A DNA stretch of 64,000 nucleotides from an uncultured Acidobacteriota bacterium (GTDB taxonomy: Bacteria; Acidobacteriota; Terriglobia; Acidiferrales; UBA7541). This document shows positions 63,800 through 64,000 of the stretch, piece by piece. The stretch's first letter is position 1; each line of letters opens with the position of its first letter. The stretch covers positions 1,050 to 65,049 of the forward strand of contig CAWBGC010000017.1 in the NCBI GenBank assembly GCA_963788255.1, read 5' to 3'. The position numbers and the translations under genes are program-made. The notes beneath the pieces were generated by a model. The model was not told where the DNA came from, ran no database searches, and saw only the letters and a list, made by a program, of their open reading frames with translations.

Positions 63800-64000
63800 G
63801 CGAGCTGCGGCCGGGGAAGGTCGCGGTACGGCGCGGTCCGCAGCGGCTTCCCGGCGGATGCCAGGTACCTGACCTGAAGGCCGTCGCAGGCCGGGACGGC
63901 GGACGGGCGGCGGGCCGAGTTGGTCGCGAAGATCACCACGCGCACCGACGGGACCGTCCTGACGTCGCCGAGGATGCGCGCGATGCCCTGGTCAAGTGAT

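Noticed and set aside
63706-63945. A 79-aa minus-strand ORF upstream of the DUF992-like region.
   Set aside because: It is in a different frame from the DUF992 homology. Its translation (…ARRPSAVPACDGLQVRYLASAGKPLRTAPYRDLPRPQ…) has no recognisable features. It is probably an out-of-frame read of the same, possibly frameshifted, gene.

Overview
The window looks like a chromosomal segment from an Acidobacteriota-type genome. Supporting markers are a CarboxypepD_reg-type TonB-dependent receptor, a duplicated MacB/FtsX 'ADOP'-type permease, and an acidobacterial-style VWFA protein with a signal anchor. All calls rest on reading the ORF translations and DNA by eye; no searches were run.

The backbone is ordinary housekeeping: purB, rlmN, acpS, mtaB-like, rpmE, lon, cca, dinB, prmC, prfA, queG, an EF-P family gene, pepP-like and M16 peptidases, and GT2 glycosyltransferases. 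It is interrupted by several accessory features.

(1) A defence-type islet lies at about 35.6-39.1 kb. It carries a ribbon-helix-helix antitoxin with a truncated PIN toxin, then a class III nucleotidyl cyclase transcribed head-to-head with a small 3-TM PycTM/DUF5706-like protein (Pycsar-like), then a DUF262 protein with a HEPN-like C-terminus. This is my best candidate for the unusual system.

(2) A c-di-GMP/sigma-54 regulatory cluster spans 26.5-35.0 kb. It contains a LuxR-type pseudo-receiver, a sensor-less bEBP, two single-domain PilZ proteins, an NtrC-type response regulator with its histidine kinase, and a GGDEF-PilZ fusion.

(3) An intact IS481-family element sits just upstream of the EF-P promoter.

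(4) There are four apparently complete toxin-antitoxin pairs (VapC/Phd, Doc/AbrB-type, BrnT/BrnA, and a PIN with an atypically large partner).

(5) A rearrangement scar at 62.5-63.3 kb holds a TonB-receptor C-terminal fragment and an orphan, frameshifted Phd antitoxin, followed by a DUF992-like gene.

I recognised no rRNA, tRNA or CRISPR array. Many long ORFs in the six-frame track are antisense shadow ORFs typical of high-GC DNA and are not reported.
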